A stretch of 63,863 nucleotides of DNA, the filler included, from Saprolegnia diclina VS20 (Eukaryota), in NCBI RefSeq assembly GCF_000281045.1. It is 8 parts of 5 records of this genome, joined end to end, with 100 filler letters (N's around TTAATTAATTAA, not from the genome) between each part and the next. Parts side by side here need not be neighbours in the genome. Positions count along the whole stretch, not along the records: positions 55,926 to 57,496 come from NW_008246119.1; positions 57,597 to 59,978 come from NW_008246120.1; positions 60,079 to 61,894 come from NW_008246120.1; positions 61,995 to 63,863 come from NW_008246121.1; 4 more parts are not named here. One strand, given 5' to 3'. The translations under genes were made by a program, and so were the position numbers. Position 1 is the stretch's first letter. Every line of letters begins with the position of its first letter. Shown one piece after another: positions 55,926-63,863 of the stretch. The notes below the pieces were generated by a model, which was not told the origin of the DNA, did no database searches, and worked only from the letters and a program-made list of their open reading frames with translations.

Positions 55926-57496
55926 TGCTTCTCGGGCAACGCGTCTCGCGTGTGTCGCAAGTCTGACTGGCCCGCGTGCGGCTTCAAATGGCTCGACGAG
56001 GGACCGCTCATCTTTGTCGCGAGTCTCTGGATCCTGCTTGCCGTCGGGATGCTGCAAAGCGACAAGTCGACGAGCAAGCATTTCGCGTTTGACCCGGTCA
56101 AGATCCACGACCCGCTTGCTCAAGGTACGCACCAATATCGTTGCCGTCTTCTGGTATCATGCATGAACGCTATATAGGCATTGCCGTGGCCATGTCCCAG
56201 CGGCTCTCGTCCTCGGCGCGACGACCTGTCTTTCAACGCAACATGAAGCTGGTCGGGATGGTGCTGGAGCTGCCGTCGCTGCTGCTTGCGCCGCTCTCGC
56301 TGGCGTTTAAAGCTGCGGGTATGCACAACGTGGTCGAGGAGTGGCTCGCGCACCTGCCCATGCACACCGAGGTACCGCCTCTTTTGTTGAAAGTTGAGAC
56401 AATATGCGGGTCGATAGATCATCAATTTGGGAATCGCGGCGGCGTGCGGCGTATTGATTTTGTTTCTGCGGTTCCGAAGCGCCTCGTCCCATTTTTGTAT
56501 CGCCAATACGTCTCTTGGTGACGTGAGCTGACGTTGGATCGTGTAGGCGAAGAGCTACTGCATGAATACGTCTACCCCATCACACTGGACGTGCTCTACA
56601 TCCCGCTCATGTTTACGTTCCTGCGTCTCACGACATGTCCCGACGACGTGCGCTACCGCATCGCGCTGCCTGGCGGCATCACCTGCCAATGCATCGACTG
56701 GTTTGGTCTCTACTCGGTACGACCAGCTTCTCAGAGACCCAGAATTCAGATCTGATGAAACGTGGATCTACTCTAGTCAGTTGGCCTCGTGAGCTTTGTG
56801 CTCATGTATGCTGGCGCTCTTCGGTTCAAAATCTACATTGAGCCGCTGAGCACGTCCATGGATTTCGAGTTCCAGAGCGGGTACCAGATCATCATGGTCA
56901 TGGCGCGCACGAGTTCGTTGCACTCAGATATGATATCTGATCAGACGGCGTTTTTCTTATTCTAGTCGACCCCCTCGTCGCGATGCTCGTCAATAGCTTG
57001 GACCTCAAGACGCACGTCAGTCAAGCCGTTAGCATCCTCCTCGCGTACCTGGCAGTCATGTTGCTGCTTCTCGTCTACTCGTACAAAACACAGCCGGTAC
57101 AACGCATCCAATTCTCCAAATTCACGGACAATATTGTCTTGTAGTGCATTGGCAGTGGACGCGTCCCCAACAACATCCGCGTGCTGTCCTTTTCGTGCGC
57201 GATATACGCGACGCTGTGCGGTCTCATGCACCTTGCGGTGGGCGGGCCGCACAACAACCTGTACTACGCGCTCGCAGCGCTGCCGGGCGTCGGTGGCCTC
57301 TCGTGGGTCATCAACAGTCGTCGAGCGCGGCACTTTCACATCCCCGACGTCTCCATCTTGACGTTGCTGCAGTCGCCGGAGCCCCAGGTCCGCGTTGTGG
57401 GAGCTATCGCAGCCTTTTACGTGGACGCCGCCAAGTTGCACCCGCTCGACCACGAAGGCATTTTGAACCGACTGCGCGAGCTCGCGGCTAGCGACA
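55926..57496 (+). CDS. Internal fragment of a multi-exon, multi-pass membrane protein (both ends in gaps)
   Basis: Hydrophobic exons (PLIFVASLWILLAVGML, LYIPLMFTFLRL, LSFSCAIYATLCGL) separated by short GT-AG introns. Confidence 0.6.
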
Positions 57497-58960
57497 NNNN
57501 NNNNNNNNNNNNNNNNNNNNNNNNNNNNNNNNNNNNNNNNTTAATTAATTAANNNNNNNNNNNNNNNNNNNNNNNNNNNNNNNNNNNNNNNNNNNNGTGC
57601 ACGTCGGCGCCCACGATGCCGATCGGTTCGCACCAGTGCAACCTCCGCCGCAATTAAGTGACGGTTCTGTTTTTGGATCTACTTTTACTGTAATGCAGTT
57701 GCATAATTTTGACATGACCTTTCTACTACTTTGGTTGTCAGTTGCAACACTCTGGGCGTTTCAACGTATCGGTAGAGAGCAGAAATGGAGTTTTTAGGAG
57801 GAGCAGGCAAAGGCCAACTCGATTTGGCGCCTGCTAAGTCTCGATCTTGGGGCAGTCCACCCTTCGGCTCCCGCAACGACGCCTCGAAACCAAAGAGCAC
57901 CTGCGCGCATCCACTACCGGGCGTGACCCCAGGGGCCGTTCTGTTACCCAAAGAAGCGCATCCGCACCCGCTCCGCAAGGACAACCGCAGCACCGACCGG
58001 TCGTCTCCCGCTACGACACAAGACACCGGCGATTTGACTCAACGACGGCAGCTGCGTCCCGGTCGTCTCTCGCCTGGACATTGGCGCTTCGATCCCACGA
58101 CGGCAGCAGCGTCCCGAGCGTTTCTCGCTTCGACACCGACGCTTTTCGGTGCAGCGATGGCAGCAGCGAGCCGACGTCAGCTGCGACGGCACCGATACTC
58201 CAACGCGGCGACGGCAGCGACGATTCGACAACAGCGCTGGACGTTCAGCCAACATTGTGCCCCAGCAGCATCGAAGCACGCGAGCCCCGTGCGGAGATCG
58301 CGCCCGATGCACAGTTGGTGCGTACCGAAGCTCCTACGTGTGCATGCGCGCCGCCGTACCCAGCGACTCAGGCACGGCGACCTTGCAACTGGATCAAGCC
58401 GCGCTTTCACAAGAGTGCTCACTATCTTTACCTCTAGAAGCACCAACGAGAGACGACAAGTCGCAGCCCCGCCACTCGCCCCGACAACAACACTCGTGAC
58501 GTCCAAGCACCTCAAGCACCGCTCTATTTGGGGGCTGCGCTGCTGAGCCACTCTCGACATCTTCATCAAGCGGCGACCGCGGCCAAATCGCACAAGATCA
58601 ACAACCAGCTGTCGCGGCGAGATCCCCCGTCTCTCCCGACCAACGGCTTCTCCAAGATGCAAGGCAGATCACGCGCCATCGGCACCCAGGCATGGCTTCA
58701 CACACTGGCGCGGCTTTCAAGCGAGCGGCGCGACCAAGATCGCTCCGAGACGACATACCGCCAACGGACGCCGACCAGATAACGCTTGACATCAGCACCG
58801 ACGCAGACGACAAGCACCGCCACGTTTGCACCGACCAGCCAACACCAAGGCTCGTCGGCGCGACTCTGATAACTGTAGCGAGCAAGATGCACCATGTTTT
58901 CAACTCGACGCCTCACTACGATCGACCTCGCCCGACCGGCAGTCTCGAGCGACACCGGGA

Positions 58961-59115
58961 GCGCGGTTCGTGGGCGCATGGTCGTGGGCGCGGGCCGGCG
59001 GCGCATGGTCGCAAGCGCGGTTCGTGGGCGCAAGGTCGTGGGCGCAAGGTCGTGGGCGCGGGCCGACGGCGCATGGTCAGGAGCGCGGGTTGGTAGCGCA
59101 TGGTCACGAGCGCGG
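58961..59115. repeat. Degenerate GC-rich tandem repeat (ggtcgtgggcgc units)
   Basis: Repeated ggtcgtgggcgc[a/g] and gcgcatggtc blocks. Confidence 0.7.
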
Positions 59116-62100
59116 ATCGGCGGCGCGGGTCGGCTGCGCGGGTCGGAGGTGCGGGTCGGCGGCACGGGTCACGTTCACATCAACGTCTGGGTGAATGAAC
59201 CTGTGACGGACCCAGGGGGATGACAACCCCTCAGAAAAATGGCTTTTGTGTCGCTTTTTGCCAGGCATCCAGCCAATCAGCGACCTTTAACCTCGCGACA
59301 TACATTCCCGAACCACGTGGTTCCCGTTCGACGAATCAAATACGACATAGTGGCTTGGAACCCAAAATACGCCAATCAGCACGAACGAGAACGCAGAAAT
59401 CGAGCGTGCTTGGGCTTGCGGAGGCCAACCGAAAAACCAATTGACGGCGTGCCTGGCGTTTGTCGCAAGCTTTCGAAGCGTTCAATTCGCGCGCGAATCC
59501 GCACAGAACTCCATGAGCCATGCTCGGAGAGGATGGTACGGCGTTGTGATTGGCTTACTGGAAATCATTTTGACCAGTAAGATATCATATCCGGATAAAA
59601 CGAGTTCGAATTTGAATTGCCACCAACTCGACATCCTGCTTCAACTGCAGGCTTGCTCAACTGCCGCAATGGGGAAGAAGGCCAGAGTCACTGAAGCCTG
59701 TGGCGAATGTGGAAAGACCAAGCACACCGTGTCCACGCAGGGTTCGTTCGCGCCACACCGAGTCGCTCGCGCCTGTCAAGTCGGTTTAAAGCCTTGGAGC
59801 TAATGCATAGACTCGATGATGAAACTATGTACCTTGTGTGCTTAAGCGCCGGGCGCAAACGCGCAGGGAGCCGCGATCTGATGATGGCGACGGACTCACG
59901 CACGACCTTTGCGTTGGCCGACACACTTGTTGCTTAAAAAGGTCAAACACTCGACAACTGGTACGTTAAATTAGTTTGNNNNNNNNNNNNNNNNNNNNNN
60001 NNNNNNNNNNNNNNNNNNNNNNTTAATTAATTAANNNNNNNNNNNNNNNNNNNNNNNNNNNNNNNNNNNNNNNNNNNNTATCGTTTATGTCGACGAGTAC
60101 GCGGCAGCGTCCATTTACAAAGTGCTCGTGTCGATTGGGTTAGGTAGGGGGTAGGGGTAGCCTTCCGACGCGGTGGAGACGACAGCAGCACACACACAAC
60201 TCTGCTGCTACAACTTTTCAAGTGTGCGAAGTTATGTCCGTGCTCGATATGGGCGACGGTGCCAGTAATGATGCTCCATCCGTGGCCAGAGTGCTCGTTT
60301 AATCACGTTCGAGCGCGTGGCAACTGAGAGCCATGTGCACGCTCAACTGCCGAAGCATGTCGTCCAACAAAGTTGCGTCGGGAAGAATATTTCCTGTGCT
60401 CGGGTGTCATGATTGGAACGAAAATACCCGCGAAAAACCATGGCGCGAGTCCCACTGCAACACGCACTCGCAGTAGAGAAATCGTCGTGCTGCCAAAAAT
60501 GCATTGCAGAATCATTTTGCACACTGTCATTCGTTTGGTTACTAGACGAGAATCTCGAGTGGGATGTCGACCAACGACGAGAGGTGCGGTTGGTCCAGCA
60601 GCAAATGCTGGTTCTTCGCATGAAAGCGATGACGTCCGGGGTGCTGCCGTCGTCAAAATCGCAAGCATGCACAACCCGAAGGCTTCTAGAGCCGGGCAGT
60701 AGCCTCTCTAAAGGAGTTATTTCGTCGAGAAGAACGAGCCGCACCGTCTCGGTGGCAAACGAGCTGCGCGTCAGCGCACGCCGCAGTCGACTGGAACTTG
60801 TTGGTCGTGCAAGTCGGCGTTGTGCTCGAGAGCTTTGAAAGGCGTATAAAGAGTGAATGCATCTAGCCGCATCGTGCTCGCGCACGTGCTTCTTCTGTGT
60901 ATTGGAGGAGACGCACGAGCTGCGGCAGGGTCGGAACCTCGTTTGTTATTGGCACCTAGTGATGGCTCTGTGAGACGCGTGGTGCAAAGGTCGCGCCAGA
61001 CGAACGGGCGCTTCGCTCTGAAGATCGCGCCAAGCGCGCGTCTACGCCGTGGACCTTGGTCGCCGCAACCAAGGACCGACGGCGACAAGTTTCGATCATA
61101 GATACCTTGAGCAAAGCTCGGATCCGAGTCGACCTTGGGCACGAGGTTCATGGCGGTCGGTGCCTTGTTGACGCGCCTCCAGGCAGAGGTCGTGGGAGGA
61201 CCAGGATATCAAGCTCGAAGCGCTTGCGGTGGTAGCATCGAACTCAGCGCCGCCACATACCGTCCGAATACTGGCGACGTCGTCGAGATGCCTTTTGGTT
61301 TTATCCGGAATGTTTTCCGGATAGCACTTGCAGACGCCGAGATTGAGCTTGCCATGGCACGTGAGAAGGACCGCCTCCTCGCCTCGCTGTCGCCGACCGC
61401 GCTCCACCGGCAGACCGTCGAGTCCGTGGCCATCGTCCCATTCGGCGGGCCGGCACGAGGTACGTTGGCCAGCCGGACGCAGACCTCAGGCCGAGGCGCT
61501 CACGCGACGTCGCTGTAGGTATGACGCAGCCTCTGTATGCGTGACGAGCCACCGAGTCGGCCCGAGGGCGGAGCCTTGGCCAATTTTTTCGACGGCCTCT
61601 GTCTCGCGACGGCCACGCGCCGCCAAGATGCGCTCCTGCAAGCCCATTACGTAGACCTGCGCCGAGCGACGCTCGGTATGGGCCTACCTCGACGGTCTCT
61701 ACTGACGCGCCTCCAGAGCGTGGACCGCTCGCGGCCATTGGCACAATGTATGCAGTCGGATGCGCCATCACGTGCGTCGCCTAGGCCGTCCACTCTCGGC
61801 TCGGCAACAAGGTGCTCGGCGGACCGATGGCTCAGCAAGAGCGTTCTTAAAGGTACTACACCGATCGATACGTCTGGATGTGTGATGCTCTGGCNNNNNN
61901 NNNNNNNNNNNNNNNNNNNNNNNNNNNNNNNNNNNNNNTTAATTAATTAANNNNNNNNNNNNNNNNNNNNNNNNNNNNNNNNNNNNNNNNNNNNACACCG
62001 ACACCGCTTGGTCCGATGTGGGTGAATGGAGACTGAGCGATTAACTACTGGTTTGACTCGACTTCAACAATTTCTGTCCTACGCAGGTGCGAAAGACTAC

Positions 62101-62269
62101 CCACCTGGACACGCAACAATCTTTTGTTGTCCTACACAGGTCCACTCCCACCCCGTGTGACAGGCAATTGGGAAAGCAAACATGTGTTTTGAGTCTATTT
62201 TTAGATTTGCCTCGTGCCGCAGAGATGTTATCCTGCATCCTCGTGCGTTGTTGGCACTAGAGTCGTGCT

Positions 62270-62943
62270 TTTCATGGTTAGAGACATATTGTGACACCAA
62301 GGTAGCAGCACCGCTTTTTGGCTACCAATAGTGGGGTTCGAGTTGGCCATCAAATCTTGATGGAACGGCTTGATGGAAAAACAATTCGCCGATTTTTGGT
62401 CAGTCAGAAGTGCCGAAAAAAGGGTGGCGCCGAGTACATTTCCATCAAAACAGATCAGCTTGAACCCCATTTTGATGACCGATGATGATACATACATACG
62501 CACATAGCATGAAGCATGTTCTTAGTTGCAAATTCTGTCGAGCAAAGCTTGACGGCGCTCTTTTCCGCTATTGTTCCTTCGAGTCGTTACGTACAGGTCG
62601 GACGCGGCGTTGTCGTTTCGAGTGCGCAAGTCGTCGGGGAGCTCGTCTTCGACCCAATCGTCTGGTACAGCGTCGGCACCGCGCTCTCGAGCTTGACTGG
62701 CGATCCTTCCGCCATCGAGAAGGGTCGCTTAGTCGCCGAGGAAAGAGCTTCGACCTGGAGACTGAGTGCGTAGCCATGAAGAAAGCGCGTTTAGCGATGG
62801 AGACGACTCTCGAGGATGCCAAGCTCGTGCACGCAAAGTTTGCGGCCATTGAAAAGATGGCCCAAGCCCGGGAGGCCTTGAAGAAGGCAGGCGCTACCCA
62901 TGAAGAAATCGATATGGTTGCGCCGCTCACTATGGAGATTTAA
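62270..62943 (+). pseudogene. Degraded Myb/SANT-like gene of the PIF/Harbinger-associated type
   Basis: Fragments WLET, DTKVAA, WSVRSAEKR and C..LDGALF in shifting frames, plus a C-terminal coiled coil ending AREALKKAGATHEEIDMVAP. Confidence 0.3.
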
Positions 62944-63863
62944 TCGCTAATAAGATGGCATGCGACTCTGACACCCGTTCAACCCGTATTTCCATCAAAC
63001 GTTCCATCAGCATTTTTGTTGATGGAGCATTTGGCCTTCTGAGTGATGAAAGTAGCCAGTGCGGGCGAACTTCGTAGTTTTGATGGTTGATGGAGCTTTA
63101 TACTAGTAGAGCTTTTGAATTTTGCAGGAGTTTCAGCCAATGAGATCGCTGGATTGGACCCGTTCGTCATTCCATCAAGGTTTGATGGCCATCTCGAACT
63201 CCACTAATGCGTGGCTACCAGCGCAACGACCAACGACGCCAAAGCATGTGCAAATGATTCGCCAGCAGATACGCTGTTTCGAGGCTACTGAGGTACCTCA
63301 ACGCGACAAACAAACGTGCAGAGTGATGTGAAGACCGCACAGCCCATCGCAGTGCGCCACATCGAAGAAAGGCCTCACGACAAGGCCCTCTGCGTGGTGC
63401 GCTAGAGTGAGGTTGACGTTGGAGACGTGAACAGTTCATTAACGGAGCTGGTGCTGGTGCTGGCGCGCAACTTCGCTCGCATATCGCACCGCCAACGCGC
63501 TCAGGCAACATACACTGGCAGTAATAGCCGGGCAATATCGTCACTCGCTTTCTCAACACCAACGTACCGCTACGACCACTCAAGTGTCTGTATCCGCAAT
63601 ACGACGTCTCTGCTGCGTTGCGATGTTGAGATAGCAGCACATCTCAACGAACCCCCTCAATAATGGGTTGTGTTGATGATGCCCGCCACAATACTGTCCA
63701 TTGAGTGTTTCATATGAATTCGCGATGCAGTCGTCACTTTGTTAACCGAGCCATTATTGTGCGAACCATCGGATCTATCTATGGAGTGACATGGAGTGCG
63801 ATCGATCCGGGTGCTCCGCGGCACGTCGGACAGCGCGGTGTGATCGCCAGCCAGTCACGCAAG

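Noticed and set aside
60079..61894. ORFs 61135-61518 and 61537-61894 as genes
   Set aside because: They are fragmentary, with no recognisable domain or clear splice pattern; possibly pseudogenic.
1..63863. tRNA, rRNA, CRISPR arrays or prokaryotic operons
   Set aside because: None seen; introns and oomycete promoters show the nag cluster is eukaryotic rather than bacterial contamination.

Overview
Eukaryotic DNA, most likely an oomycete and probably Saprolegniales (inference). The evidence is oomycete INR+FPR core promoters (YCAYTYY-NN-MWTTTNC) just upstream of several ATGs, short GT-AG introns of about 45 bp, GC-rich coding sequence, and oomycete-style 'CTTNAMD..AA.NGHL' ankyrin repeats. The window is a concatenation of 9 sequence pieces: seven 44N-TTAATTAATTAA-44N linkers plus one plain 100-N gap. 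Adjacency across gaps is therefore not proven. The main discovery is on the first piece (1-13171): a compact N-acetylglucosamine (GlcNAc) uptake and catabolism gene cluster. It has divergent nagA and nagB genes flanked by three NOPE1/Ngt1-type (UNC-93-like MFS) transporter genes, and the NagA deacetylase is fused in frame to C-terminal ankyrin repeats. Other content: a degenerate HMG-CoA-lyase-like protein, a group of type-I surface proteins, ISG12-like small proteins, PEX19, a Gag-like gene with a pseudogene copy carrying template-switch scars, paired 'SHDQGW' proteins, an ammonium transporter, a multi-TM TKL kinase, an ABCB6/HMT1-type transporter, an RRM-CCCH protein, a mitochondrial dicarboxylate carrier, a Fuzzy/MON1-like longin protein, an FKBP-TPR protein, two lipid-anchored double-MSP proteins, a CHD remodeler whose 3' end is duplicated in inverted orientation into a chimeric ORF, and transposon remnants. 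All family assignments come from motif recognition by eye; no searches were run.
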